Source of the DNA: Betaproteobacteria bacterium
GTDB taxonomy: Bacteria > Pseudomonadota > Gammaproteobacteria > Burkholderiales > SG8-41
Assembly (NCBI GenBank): GCA_052389535.1
Contig: JBQTHU010000117.1
Location: forward strand, 10,257 to 74,256
Length of the DNA: 64,000 nt
Direction: 5' to 3'
Position numbers and translations under genes: made by a program. Under the pieces are notes generated by a model. It saw only the letters and a program-made list of their open reading frames with translations. It did not search any database and was not told where the DNA came from. Positions within the stretch are counted from its first letter, which is position 1; each line of letters starts with the position of its first letter. Below, piece by piece: positions 27,039 to 37,425 of the stretch.

Positions 27039-27836
27039 TCAGGCTCGCTCGAGCTGCTTGGCGGTCGCGAGCGATGCCGCGGCCATGGTGCGCAGGTCAC
27101 GCTCTATTCTGACGATGACGAACAGGAATATGGCGAAGACGAAAACCGCCACCGCGGCCGCTGCAATCCCCATGTAACTCCTGGTGCGCGACTGCTGATG
27201 CGCATAGTCGGCGAGCCGCTCCTGATAGACCTTCTGCAGCTGGGCATTCTCCCGCTCGAGATCGCGCAAGGTGCGCTGAACCCGATCGGCGTGCCAGGCG
27301 AGCACGCGGTGCGGATCGATTCGCCGCTCCTCGGGCAGAAGCGCCTGCTCCGGCCCGGTCCGCGCAAGCTGCGCGGAGAGCGATTCGAGCGTCCCGAGGT
27401 AGAGCCTGAGCTCGGCATCGCCACTCAGATCGAGATCCTTCATGACGTGCTTCACGCTCCACTGCGTGGCCTCGGGCACCGGGACGGCGGGCGGGAACGC
27501 ACTCTTCACATAGTCGTCCAGATTGCGCGCGATCCTCTGCACTGCGTCGGTGTAGGCGAACTCGCTTCCACTGTGGCTCGCGCTCTCGCTCGACCATGGC
27601 AGGGATGCACGGGCTTCCGCAAGCTTGAACCTGTCGAGCGTCACCGACTGCTGCAGCGTCCCGCCGCGCTCCTCCGGCTTCACTTTGGCCGGCGGATACG
27701 GCGGGATCGTCAGCAGCCCGTTGGCCGCGGCGGCCGCGGCGATGACCGCCGCGATCAGCGCCGCGGTCGCGACGCACAGTACGGCCGTCCTCCAGATTCG
27801 CAGATAGCTGTTTTCGATTCTGTACTCAAATCTCAT
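27039..27836 (-). CDS. Hypothetical membrane protein (N- and C-terminal TM helices flanking a ~180-aa domain with a coiled-coil segment)
   Basis: ATG ORF 51 nt downstream of the DksA-like gene. The TM helices are AVLCVATAALIAAVIAAAAAA and GIAAAAVAVFVFAIFLFVIV. I recognise no family. Confidence 0.6.
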   Translation of the reverse strand: MRFEYRIENSYLRIWRTAVLCVATAALIAAVIAAAAAANGLLTIPPYPPAKVKPEERGGTLQQSVTLDRFKLAEARASLPWSSESASHSGSEFAYTDAVQRIARNLDDYVKSAFPPAVPVPEATQWSVKHVMKDLDLSGDAELRLYLGTLESLSAQLARTGPEQALLPEERRIDPHRVLAWHADRVQRTLRDLERENAQLQKVYQERLADYAHQQSRTRSYMGIAAAAVAVFVFAIFLFVIVRIERDLRTMAAASLATAKQLERA

Positions 27837-27887
27837 TACCGCCGCTCCTGCAGCAGGCGCGGACAGGCGCTCGCCGGCGCGTGCGCT

Positions 27888-28280
27888 TCAGGGCCGCAGC
27901 GCGGCATCGTTGCCGTGCATTTTTTCGCGCACCGTCTGGCAATGTATGCAGCGTGTGGCGAACGGATAGGCATTGAGACGCCTGAAGCCGATCTCCTCGC
28001 CGCAATCCACGCACACGTTCGCCTCGCCGCTCTCGAGGCGCGCGCGCGCCGCTTCGATTTCCTTCAACTCCTGCAGATAGTGTTCCAGCAGCGTGTGGTC
28101 CACCTCCTCCTGCATGGTCGCCAGCGCTTCGTCCCCTGTGTCGTACACCACGCCGACGAGGTCGATGTATTTCTGGTCCGCCAGCTGCGGCATGGACTCG
28201 CGGATTTTCTCCCGCACCTCGGTCTCGAGTCTGTCGATCGCCCCGGTGAGTTCGGTCCTCTGCGCCTGAGTGAGCGTCAC
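27888..28280 (-). CDS. DksA/TraR-family C4 zinc-finger protein
   Basis: GTG start with AAGGAG 6 nt upstream. The coiled-coil tip is YDTGDEA (DxxDxA). The zinc finger is CVDCGEEIGFRRLNAYPFATRCIHC. Confidence 0.8.
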   Translation of the reverse strand: MTLTQAQRTELTGAIDRLETEVREKIRESMPQLADQKYIDLVGVVYDTGDEALATMQEEVDHTLLEHYLQELKEIEAARARLESGEANVCVDCGEEIGFRRLNAYPFATRCIHCQTVREKMHGNDAALRP

Positions 28281-28973
28281 GTTCGTCTCCTTTCCATAGC
28301 ATGCAGCCGCAAACGTCAGTTTCGTTAGAGCCGATGAATCGCCGAATGGTTTCAGGAGGTTCAGGCGCGCAGGCCGCGGCCGGAGGTACCGGATCGTTGT
28401 ACTCGCCTCCCATGACGGCGGCACGATGACCGCGGGCGGGACGCCTGCCTCATCGATTTTCTGCTGCCCCGCGGAACCCGCCGGTGCCGCGCGTGTCACG
28501 GCAGCCACGGCCGCTCCGGCACTGATGAACACGGTGTCGCCCTCGTCTGCTCGACCCGCTCGTCTACCGTCCGCGGTACGTCGCGACAACAGGCGATTCT
28601 ACCTTGACGGTGCTGCTTGCCGGGTCGCTCAATGGTTGAGCTATGATGGCCGTGCTGGAACGTGCGCCCTTTTTGCTTGTCAACCGCAATGCGTGGAGCC
28701 GTTTTTCGAGCTGCCGGCTGCGAATGCGCGATAACCCGCACAGCCGTGATTGATCACGTTTTTTTGACGGGTACCCGCGAACGGGACCGCTTTTTCGAGC
28801 GCCGATCGCCGCATGAGAAACAGTACGCTGTTAAAGGAGCAGAGCCGGACTTATAGTTGACATGCGCTGCGAACGGAACAGGCGCCAGCCGCTTACGCGC
28901 GTCGACGGAACCATGAATTTGCCGCCCTGTCCATTGTTCTCAGGCCTATATCACTGTAGCGGGAGGTAAAACG

Positions 28974-30950
28974 ATGCCGGCCGATTCTCACCAGTCTGAA
29001 CGCCAGAGCGAGTTCGTCAGAAATCTCCACGCCTTCGCGCAGCAGCACCGCGCCAGCCACTGGGCGGGCACGTTCGCGGAGTTTCTGGAGAAAGTGGTGC
29101 CGGGCAACACGCGGGGCGTCACCCGCAACAGTCACCAGTACGTATGGGACATGATCCGCTGGCAAGGCAGCGAGATCGACCAGGCAGGCCACACCCGGTA
29201 CAAGCTTTTCGCGGACGAACTGTACGGAATCGATGACTCGCTGGAGCGGCTCGCGGACTATTTCAAGGCGGCAAGCGCAGGCTCCGAGGTCGGCCGCCGC
29301 CTGCTGCTGATGCTGGGGCCGCCGTCGGGGGGCAAATCGAGCATCGTCATCCTGCTCAAGCGCGGGCTCGAGGAATACAGCCACACCGACGAGGGGGCGA
29401 TCTACGCCATACAGGGCTGCCCGGTAAACGAGTCGCCTCTCCATCTCGTGCCGTACACCCTGCGGCCGCAGTTTCGCGAGATCTACGGCATGGACATCGT
29501 CGGTGATCTCTGCCCGCTGTGCCGCGCCCGGCTTTCCGAGTTTCGCAGCGACGCTCCCCGCGGCGGCGAGGGCCGCCTTTCCGGCGACTTCATGCAAATG
29601 CCGGTTCAAAGGATATTCATTTCCGAGGCCGGACGGGTGGGCATCGGGACCTACGCCCCCCACGATCCGACCACCGCCGACATCGCCGACCTCGTAGGCT
29701 CTGTCGATCTGTCGAAGGTCGCGGAGTATGGCGACGAAGGCGATCCGCGGGCCTGGTCGTGGTCCGGCGCGATGTACGCCTCGAGCCGTGGCGTGCTGGA
29801 GATGATCGAGATCCTGAAGGTGAAGCGCGAGTTTCTGTATCTGCTGCTCACCCTCACCCAGGAGAAGAACGTCAAGGTGTCGCGTTTCCCGCTGATCTAT
29901 CTGGACGAGGCCATTCTCGCCCATACCAATCTCGCCGAATTCCGGCGTTTCCTGCAGGAGAGCGAGAACGAGGCCCTGCTCGACCGCATGGTGATCATCC
30001 AGGTGCCGTATACGCTCAGTTACAAGGACGAGGCCCGCATTTACAAGAAACTGATTTCGTCAGCGGTCGCGTTCAAGGAAGTCCACCTCGATCCGCACGC
30101 TCTGCACACCGCGGCCGTGTTCGCCATCCTCACCCGCATGCACGAGGGCGAGGAAAAGGAGACGGAATTTTCCAAGAAGGTGCGTGTTCACGCCGGTGAG
30201 GACGTGGAGGGCGTCAACCAGGCCGACGCCGAGCGCATCCGGGCGCGCATGCCGGACGAAGGTCTGGGCGGGGTAAGCCCGCGTTTCGTGATAAACGCGC
30301 TGTCGAACGCCATCATCCAGAGCGACGTGAGGAGCCTCACGACGATGGAGATGCTGCTCGCGCTGAAGGATTCGATCGAATCCGACGCGCGCATCGATCC
30401 GAAGAAGAAGCGCAAGTGGGTGGATTTCCTGGTTATTGGGCGCAAGGATTTCTACAACCGCTGGGTCAAGGAAGACGTGCACAAGGCGCTCTTCGTCTCG
30501 TTCGAGCAGGAGGCGCAGGATCTGCTGGACAAGTATCTCGACGAGGTCGAGGCGACGCTCGACAACCGGCCGGTGAAGGATCCGATGACCAACGAGGAGC
30601 GCAAGCCGGACGAGCGCTTTCTGCGTTCGGTGGAGGATAAAATCCACATTTCCGACTCGGGCAAGCAGTCCTTCCGCCAGGAGGTGGTGCGCAAGGCGAT
30701 GGGCGCGTTCAAACGCGGCGAGAAATTCGCGCTGTCGAGCCACGCGCGGCTGCACGAGGCGATCGAGCAGTATCTGTTCGAGCAGCGGCGCGACGTGCTG
30801 CGGCTCGTGAGCTCCACCACGCGCCCCGACGAAGAGGCCAAGCAGAAAATTTCCGTGGTCGAGCAACGGCTGGTGGACGAGTACGGCTACGACTCCCACA
30901 GCGCGCGGGAGGCGCTCAACTACGTCACGACGCTGCTCGCGCAGGAGTGA
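28974..30950 (+). CDS. prkA: PrkA/YeaG-family serine protein kinase (AAA-like + kinase domains)
   Basis: SD GGGAGG. LLMLGPPSGGKSS (P-loop), EMIEILKVKREFLYLLLTLTQEKNVKV, and a typical PrkA length (658 aa). Confidence 0.95.
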   Translation: MPADSHQSERQSEFVRNLHAFAQQHRASHWAGTFAEFLEKVVPGNTRGVTRNSHQYVWDMIRWQGSEIDQAGHTRYKLFADELYGIDDSLERLADYFKAASAGSEVGRRLLLMLGPPSGGKSSIVILLKRGLEEYSHTDEGAIYAIQGCPVNESPLHLVPYTLRPQFREIYGMDIVGDLCPLCRARLSEFRSDAPRGGEGRLSGDFMQMPVQRIFISEAGRVGIGTYAPHDPTTADIADLVGSVDLSKVAEYGDEGDPRAWSWSGAMYASSRGVLEMIEILKVKREFLYLLLTLTQEKNVKVSRFPLIYLDEAILAHTNLAEFRRFLQESENEALLDRMVIIQVPYTLSYKDEARIYKKLISSAVAFKEVHLDPHALHTAAVFAILTRMHEGEEKETEFSKKVRVHAGEDVEGVNQADAERIRARMPDEGLGGVSPRFVINALSNAIIQSDVRSLTTMEMLLALKDSIESDARIDPKKKRKWVDFLVIGRKDFYNRWVKEDVHKALFVSFEQEAQDLLDKYLDEVEATLDNRPVKDPMTNEERKPDERFLRSVEDKIHISDSGKQSFRQEVVRKAMGAFKRGEKFALSSHARLHEAIEQYLFEQRRDVLRLVSSTTRPDEEAKQKISVVEQRLVDEYGYDSHSAREALNYVTTLLAQE

Positions 30951-31087
30951 GCGGGCGATGCATGCCGCCGGCCCGCCCGAACTCCGTGTCGGCTTGCGTC
31001 GCGGCTCGTGCGTTGATGTATCAATGGCAATCGTTTCGTTCCGTCCCTTTGCCGAAGGGCAGCGCGCGCGCGGGAGTGTGAGGCGCC

Positions 31088-32269
31088 ATGCCTGCTGACG
31101 CGCTCAAGCCGGAATCGGGCTCGCGGATTTTTGCCGCCGTGTCGTGGTACGACCTGTTCTCGCGCGGCGCGCGTGACTGGCTGCGGCACAACGAGAAGGT
31201 GCGCGACGCCGTGAAGCAGCGGGTGCGCGAGTACGTGACCGGTCCCGACGTGCTCTCGCGCGCGCAGGGCGGCACCGTGCTCGTTCCGGTACGGCTGCTG
31301 GAGCACGCGCGCTTCCGGCTGCGGGACCCGGAGTCGGATTCGGGCGCCGGACAGGGCGCGGGGGAGCCGGGGCAGGTGCTGCGCCCGGCGCAGCCGCAGT
31401 CCGGCGAGGAGGCCGGAGAACGCCGCGGCGGAACCGGCGAAGGTGAGGTCAAGTTCGTTCTCGAGCTCAAGGTGGACGATTTCATCGACTGGTTGTGGGA
31501 CGAGATGAAACTTCCCGAACTGAAGCCGAAGCAGAGCCCGGTCGCCGAGGACGATGAGTTCGTGCGCGAGGGCTGGGACAAGCGCGGCGCACGTTCCCGG
31601 CTCGACCGCCGGCGCACGGTGAAGGAAGCGGTGAAACGCCGTGCGGTGCAGGAGCGGCCCGTGCCCTTCACCGATGACGATCTGCGCTTCCGGCAGCTCG
31701 TGCGCCGGCCCAAGCCGGCCACGAACGCCGTGGTGGTTTTCGCGCTCGACGTTTCGGGCAGCATGGGCGAGACCGAACGCCAGCTCGCCAAGACCTTCTT
31801 CTTCTTCGCGCTGCAGGGTGTGCGCAGGCAGTACCCGAAAGTCGAAACGGTGTTCATCGCGCACACGGTCAACGCCTGGGAATTTTCCGAGGAGGACTTC
31901 TTCCATACCAGCGGCACCGGCGGCACCGCGTGCTCGTCGGCGTTCAATCTTGCTTACGACGTCCTGCACACCCGCTACGATCCGTCCCGCTACAACAGCT
32001 ACGTGTTCTATGCCTCGGACGGCGAGAACGCCTCGGACGATCACGACGCGGCGAGCAGCGCGCTGCGCCGGATCGTGCCGGAACTGAACTACCTCGGCTA
32101 CGTCGAGCTGCGTACCTCGCACGGCATTTCGCTGCAGACCGAGATGAGCGGCATACTGGGCGAACTTCAGCCGTCGCATCCCGCGATCGGCGTGCGGCAG
32201 GTGGCCTCGCAGGACGACGTCTGGGCTGCGCTGCGCGAATTCTTCCAGCAGCAGGCGGAGGCCGCCTGA
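31088..32269 (+). CDS. YeaH/YhbH (DUF444) family protein with vWA-like domain
   Basis: VVFALDVSGSMGE (MIDAS-like) and FYASDGENASDD. It holds the conserved position between the prkA and spoVR homologs. Confidence 0.9.
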   Translation: MPADALKPESGSRIFAAVSWYDLFSRGARDWLRHNEKVRDAVKQRVREYVTGPDVLSRAQGGTVLVPVRLLEHARFRLRDPESDSGAGQGAGEPGQVLRPAQPQSGEEAGERRGGTGEGEVKFVLELKVDDFIDWLWDEMKLPELKPKQSPVAEDDEFVREGWDKRGARSRLDRRRTVKEAVKRRAVQERPVPFTDDDLRFRQLVRRPKPATNAVVVFALDVSGSMGETERQLAKTFFFFALQGVRRQYPKVETVFIAHTVNAWEFSEEDFFHTSGTGGTACSSAFNLAYDVLHTRYDPSRYNSYVFYASDGENASDDHDAASSALRRIVPELNYLGYVELRTSHGISLQTEMSGILGELQPSHPAIGVRQVASQDDVWAALREFFQQQAEAA

Positions 32270-32270
32270 A

Positions 32271-33638
32271 ATGTCCTCGGGCGTAGCCGAGTACGCGCCA
32301 CGCATCGAGGCGCTTGCGCACAAGCTGGGCCTGAGCTACCACCCGGTGGATTTCGAGCTGGTGCCGACGACCTTCATGATGGAGGTGGCGGTGTACGGCC
32401 TGCCGGTGCGCATGCCGCACTGGTCGTTCGGCGTGCGCTACATCCACGAGCTGATCCGCCGCAGCATGGGGAACTCGCGCATCTTCGAGGTGATGTTTCC
32501 CGGCAACCCGTGCCACGCCTACCTCGTCAGCACCAACACGGTCGCGGAGAACACGCTGGTCACCGCGCACGTGCTGGGGCACGCGGACTTCGCGCGCAAC
32601 AATCAGCTGTTTGCGCGGTTCGAGAAGATGGCGGGAGCGAACATCGTGGAGCACGCTGCGGCGCAGGCACATCGGATCGAAGAAGCGGTGACGAAGCGCG
32701 GTCAGCAGCGCGTCGAGGCGGTGCTCGACGCGGCGCTTGCGCTCGAGCCCCATGTCGACGTCAATCACGAGCTCCACCGCCCGGACTATCCGGTAGAGAC
32801 GACGCCGCGTGCGGCGCCAGCGGACGACGACCCCTTCCGCGGGCGCTTCCGCGGCCTGCCGGGAGAAAAGACGGCCCCCGGCGCGTCGCTCGAGCACCAT
32901 CGCGCTCCAGTACCCGAATCGCCGGAGTACGATTTATTGTGGTTTATCGCGCGCTACGGGCCCGAGCTGGACGACTGGGAGCGCGACGTCTTTCTCGCGG
33001 TGCGCGAGGAGTCCTTCTACTTCTACCCGGTCTTCGCGTGCCACATCATGAACGAAGGCTGGGCGAGCTACTGGCACGCGCGGCTGCTGCGCGAGGCCGA
33101 ATTTCTGCCCGAGACGCTGTATCTCGACGCCGTCAAGGCCCACTCGGACGTGGTGCGCCCGTTCGCCGCGGAACAGCAGGCAACTCTCATGGTGAATCCC
33201 TATCATCTGGGGTTCTCGATGTGGGAGCACATTGTCGAGCAGCGCGGCATCGACGAGGCCCGGCAGATCTGCCGTGAGGAAGACGACTTCGGCTTCATCC
33301 GCAATTACCTCGACCGCGACCTCGCCCGCAAGCTCGGGCTGTTCGTCTACGAGTCGAGGACCGGCGGCGAGATCAAGATCGCGAGCCGCGACATCGACGC
33401 CGTGCGCGAGGCCATACTGGCGCCCAAGTTCAATTACGGCGCCCCGAGGATCGCAGTTTCGGAGCTGCGCACCGACGGGACGCTGGTCCTCGTTCACGAT
33501 CACGCGAGCGACGGCCTTGGACTCGATCTCGGGCGCGCCGCACGCGTGCTCGAATACGTGCACCGGGTATGGCGGCGCCCGGTCATCCTCCATACTGTGG
33601 ACGCGCGCGGCGAACCCCAGGAACTGCACAAGCAGTGA
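32271..33638 (+). CDS. SpoVR/YcgB family protein
   Basis: PHWSFGVRYIHE, TAHVLGHADFARNN and MNEGWASYWH motifs. It starts 1 nt after the yeaH-like stop. Confidence 0.9.
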   Translation: MSSGVAEYAPRIEALAHKLGLSYHPVDFELVPTTFMMEVAVYGLPVRMPHWSFGVRYIHELIRRSMGNSRIFEVMFPGNPCHAYLVSTNTVAENTLVTAHVLGHADFARNNQLFARFEKMAGANIVEHAAAQAHRIEEAVTKRGQQRVEAVLDAALALEPHVDVNHELHRPDYPVETTPRAAPADDDPFRGRFRGLPGEKTAPGASLEHHRAPVPESPEYDLLWFIARYGPELDDWERDVFLAVREESFYFYPVFACHIMNEGWASYWHARLLREAEFLPETLYLDAVKAHSDVVRPFAAEQQATLMVNPYHLGFSMWEHIVEQRGIDEARQICREEDDFGFIRNYLDRDLARKLGLFVYESRTGGEIKIASRDIDAVREAILAPKFNYGAPRIAVSELRTDGTLVLVHDHASDGLGLDLGRAARVLEYVHRVWRRPVILHTVDARGEPQELHKQ

Positions 33639-33642
33639 ATGA

Positions 33643-34740
33643 TCAGGCGTTGACGCTGTAACGGCGCAGCGCCGCTTCGTCGTATTCGAGTCCCAGCCCG
33701 GGTTTCTGCGGCACCGCGAGTTCGCCCTTCACCGGCACCGGCACTTCTTTATAGATGCGGGCGGACCACGGCATGTATTCGACCGTGAGGCCGTTGGGGA
33801 CCGCCGCGACCAGGTGTACGGAAATCTCCGGATAGAGATGGTTCACGACCGGAAGATTGAAGGCCTCCGCCATGCCCGCGATCTTGAGCCACTGGGTGAT
33901 ACCGCCCGCTCTCAGCACGTCGATCATGACGATGTCCACCGAGCGCGCCTCGAGCATGTGCCGGAACGGTACCGCACCGTAGACGTACTCGCCCGCCGCG
34001 ATCGGTGTCGCGAGCGCCGCGGTTACGCTCGCAAGGCCGGGATAGTCGTCGGCCGCGACGACGTCCTCGAGCCAGAACAGGTTGAATTCCTCGACGCGCC
34101 GCCCGATCGAGATCGCCTGCCGCACGTCCCAGCGCTGGTTGATGTCGCACATGAGATCGATGTCGGCGCCGATCGCCTCGCGGATGACGCGGATGCGCTC
34201 GACTTCGCGCGCCGGCGTGGTATCGCCCGGCAGGGCGAGCTGCGTCTTCATCTGGCGGAAGCCCTTGCCGGCGAGCGTGGCCGCCGCCTTTGCTGCATGA
34301 TCGAGCGGAAACGTGCGCATCAGCGCGCCGCTCGCATAGGTGGGCACGCGGTCGCGAAAACCGCCGGCAAGCCTTGCGACCGGCACGTTGAACGCCTTGC
34401 CCTTGATATCCCACAGCGCGATGTCGATGGCTGCCAGCGCGAGCGTGAAGACGCCGCCCGGGCCGGCGTTGCCGGCGGCTGCACGCAGCTTGTGCGCGAT
34501 GGCCTCCACCCGCAGCGGGTCCTCCCCGATGGTGAGCGCGCCCAGTGCATCGACCGCCGACTTCAGCGCCCCGGTGATGGCTGCGCCGAAGAATGTGACC
34601 CCCACGCCTTCCAGCCCTGCGTCCGTTTGCAGGCGCACGGCAACGAAGTCGCGCGTCGCACCCGGCACTGCGGGGCCGTTCGCCAGCGGCTCGTCGGCGG
34701 GCAGCTTGAGGACCAGGGATTCGAGGCGGGAGATCTTCAT
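33643..34740 (-). CDS. Enolase-superfamily enzyme (mandelate racemase/muconate lactonizing family)
   Basis: The start is MKISRLESLVL. IDIALWDIKGKAFNVPVARLAGG, and the metal-ligand region MCDINQ...WLEDV. Confidence 0.85.
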   Translation of the reverse strand: MKISRLESLVLKLPADEPLANGPAVPGATRDFVAVRLQTDAGLEGVGVTFFGAAITGALKSAVDALGALTIGEDPLRVEAIAHKLRAAAGNAGPGGVFTLALAAIDIALWDIKGKAFNVPVARLAGGFRDRVPTYASGALMRTFPLDHAAKAAATLAGKGFRQMKTQLALPGDTTPAREVERIRVIREAIGADIDLMCDINQRWDVRQAISIGRRVEEFNLFWLEDVVAADDYPGLASVTAALATPIAAGEYVYGAVPFRHMLEARSVDIVMIDVLRAGGITQWLKIAGMAEAFNLPVVNHLYPEISVHLVAAVPNGLTVEYMPWSARIYKEVPVPVKGELAVPQKPGLGLEYDEAALRRYSVNA

Positions 34741-34900
34741 GAGGGCGACTCCGGGCCGACTGGAAAATCGCAACTATACGCCTCGGCCGCAAATGTCCCG
34801 CTCGAATTGGATCGTGCGCCGCGATGAATGTCAAAGCGTTCTGAAGTTGCCCTGCCGTGCGGCGCGCTTTAAGCTTGGCGGTTAATTCGAGGGCGCTATT

Positions 34901-36595
34901 TTGATTACACCATTCACCAGACAACCCCACATCGGCTACTTCTCCATGGAGATCGCGCTCGCGCCGGATATTCCCAGCTACAGCGGCGGTCTGGGAGTGC
35001 TCGCGGGCGACACGCTGCGCTCGGCAGCCGACCTGCGCCTGCCGCTCGTGGGCGTCACGCTGGTGAGCCGCATGGGATACTTCCGGCAGGCGCTCGACAG
35101 CGAGGGACGGCAGAGCGAGCAGCCTGCGGCCTGGGACCCGGCGCAGACCTGCGAGCCGCTCGACGCCAAGATCGTCGTCAAGATCGCGGGACGCAAGGTG
35201 TGGATCGGCGGCTGGATGTACACGGTGCAGAGCCACCTCGGGGGAAAGATTCCCGTCATCATGCTCGACACCGATCTGCCGGAAAACGACCGGGCCGATC
35301 GCGAGATCACGCACTTCCTCTACGGCGGCGATCAGGCTTATCGCCTCAAGCAGGAGATCGTGCTCGGCATCGGCGGCGTGCGCATGCTGATCGCGCTCGG
35401 TCTCCAGGTGCGCAACTACCACATGAACGAGGGGCATTCGGCCCTGCTTGCGGTGGAGCTGCTGCGCCGCTTCGAGGTTTTCAACCGCCGGCGTCCCCAG
35501 GAACCGAGCTACAACCTGCCGGGCGTGCGCGCGCTGTGCAGCTTCACCACTCACACGCCGGTCGACGCCGGCCACGATCAGTTCGACTGGTCGCTGGTGC
35601 AGGAACTGCTGCCGGATTCCATCTCACTCGAGGAGCTGAAAAAGCTCGCCGGGGAAGACCGGCTCAACATGACGCGGCTTGCGCTCAACCTGAGCGAATA
35701 CGTGAACGGCGTCGCGCGCCGGCACGCCGAGGTCTCGCAGCGCATGTTCCCGGGCTACAGCGTGAACGCGGTCACCAACGGCGTGCATCCCCGCACCTGG
35801 ACCGCGAAGACCTTCGCCGCCCTGTACGACCGCCATCTGCCGGGCTGGTGCAACGAGCCGACGCTGCTGGTGCGGGTGGACCAGATTGCGGACGCGGAGC
35901 TGTGGGAGGCGCACGCCGGGGCCAAGGCGGCGCTCATCGACCGGGTGAAGTCGCGCTGCGGCGTGCAGCTCGATCCCGCCCTGCCCATCATCGGCTTCGC
36001 GCGCCGCATGACCGCCTACAAGCGCCCGGATCTGCTGTTCTCCAACCTCGAGCTGTTGCGCGCCATCGCGCGGCGCCATCCCTTCCAGCTCGTTTTCGCC
36101 GGCAAGGCGCACCCGCGTGACATGGCGGGCAAGCAGCTGATCGCCGAGCTGCACCGGAACATCCGTTCGCTGGACGGCGCGGTGCGCGCCGCGTTTCTCC
36201 CCGACTACGACATGACCATCGCGCTCGACCTCGTGTCCGGCTCCGACGTATGGCTCAACACGCCGCAGCGGCCGCTGGAAGCGTCAGGCACCAGCGGCAT
36301 GAAGGCGAGCCTGAACGGCGTGCCGCACCTTTCGGTGCTGGACGGCTGGTGGGTCGAGGGCTGCATCGAGGGCATCACCGGATGGGCCATCGGCGGCGAC
36401 GGCGACGGCGAAGCGGAAAACGGCGGCGACGCCGAGTACCTCTATCAGAAGCTCGGCGAAGTCGTGCTGCCGCTGTGGTACGGCGACCGCGCCTCGTGGG
36501 TGGCGGTGATGAAGGGCGCGATCGGCAAGAACGCGTCTTTCTTCAACAGCCACCGCATGCTGCGCCACTACGCGATCGAGGCCTACCTGCGCTGA
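34901..36595 (+). CDS. glgP: Alpha-glucan phosphorylase (GT35, short type)
   Basis: YFSMEIAL...[25 protein letters not shown] and the [10 protein letters not shown] pyridoxal-phosphate Lys region. Apparent TTG start. Confidence 0.85.
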   Translation: MITPFTRQPHIGYFSMEIALAPDIPSYSGGLGVLAGDTLRSAADLRLPLVGVTLVSRMGYFRQALDSEGRQSEQPAAWDPAQTCEPLDAKIVVKIAGRKVWIGGWMYTVQSHLGGKIPVIMLDTDLPENDRADREITHFLYGGDQAYRLKQEIVLGIGGVRMLIALGLQVRNYHMNEGHSALLAVELLRRFEVFNRRRPQEPSYNLPGVRALCSFTTHTPVDAGHDQFDWSLVQELLPDSISLEELKKLAGEDRLNMTRLALNLSEYVNGVARRHAEVSQRMFPGYSVNAVTNGVHPRTWTAKTFAALYDRHLPGWCNEPTLLVRVDQIADAELWEAHAGAKAALIDRVKSRCGVQLDPALPIIGFARRMTAYKRPDLLFSNLELLRAIARRHPFQLVFAGKAHPRDMAGKQLIAELHRNIRSLDGAVRAAFLPDYDMTIALDLVSGSDVWLNTPQRPLEASGTSGMKASLNGVPHLSVLDGWWVEGCIEGITGWAIGGDGDGEAENGGDAEYLYQKLGEVVLPLWYGDRASWVAVMKGAIGKNASFFNSHRMLRHYAIEAYLR

Positions 36596-36605
36596 CCGCG
36601 GGGGA

Positions 36606-37346
36606 TCAGAGAAAGTACATGCCGCCGTTCGCGAGGTAGCACTGTCCGGTGATGTAGCCGGCGTGCTCGCTCGCAAGAAAGACGCACAGTTCCGCGATCT
36701 CCTCCGGCCGGCCGAGCCGCCGTACCGGCTGCGTCGGCTTCAGCCCCTTTTCGTTCTGGAAAGCATCGCGATCCACCGCGATGGTGCCGGGCCCGATGCA
36801 GTTCGCGGTGATGTTGTGCGCGGCGAATTCGGTTGCGAGCCCGCGCGTGAAGCCGATGACGCCGGTCTTGACCGTCGCTTTCGCCACACCGTTTCCCAGA
36901 AACGGCGCGATGCCGGAATAGTTGATGATGCGGCCCCAGCGTTTCCTCGTCATGCCGGGCAGCACGGCACGACACACGTGAAAGGGTCCGTTGAGATTCA
37001 CCTCGATATTGCGCGTCCATTTCTCGAAGGTCTGGTCGAGGAACCCGCCGCCTTCGGCACGATACACGGCATTGTTGACCGCGATATCGACGGCGCCGAA
37101 CTCGTCGCTCGCCAGCCGCACCAGATCCGCCACGGCTGCCGCGTCGGACACGTCGCATTGCGCCGCGACGACTTTCGCGCCGGCCGCGCGCGCCTCGCGC
37201 TCCACTTCGCGCAGCGCGTCCATCTTGCTGCTGGTGCAGAGCACGAGGTTGGCGCCTTCGCGCGCGAAGGCGAGCGCCGATACGCGGCCTATGTTGCGGC
37301 TCGCGCCAGTGATGAGGACGGTCTTGCCCTTGAGTCCGGTTTCCAT
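36606..37346 (-). CDS. Short-chain dehydrogenase/reductase
   Basis: The start is [20 protein letters not shown] (GGAG upstream). NNAV and the C-terminal GQCYLANGG are present. Confidence 0.85.
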   Translation of the reverse strand: METGLKGKTVLITGASRNIGRVSALAFAREGANLVLCTSSKMDALREVEREARAAGAKVVAAQCDVSDAAAVADLVRLASDEFGAVDIAVNNAVYRAEGGGFLDQTFEKWTRNIEVNLNGPFHVCRAVLPGMTRKRWGRIINYSGIAPFLGNGVAKATVKTGVIGFTRGLATEFAAHNITANCIGPGTIAVDRDAFQNEKGLKPTQPVRRLGRPEEIAELCVFLASEHAGYITGQCYLANGGMYFL

Positions 37347-37425
37347 TTTCGATCTGCTCCGAAGTGCCGGTAGAATGTCGCGGTCTATCATAGTAGCGCC
37401 GCGAACACAACGAAAGGACTCGCCG

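Noticed and set aside
26235-28328. 697-aa plus-strand ORF.
   Set aside because: It is antisense to the MFS, membrane-protein and DksA-like genes. It is low-complexity and Arg/Asp-rich.
33749-35575. 608-aa minus-strand ORF.
   Set aside because: It is off-frame over the enolase-family gene and antisense to glgP, with no motifs.
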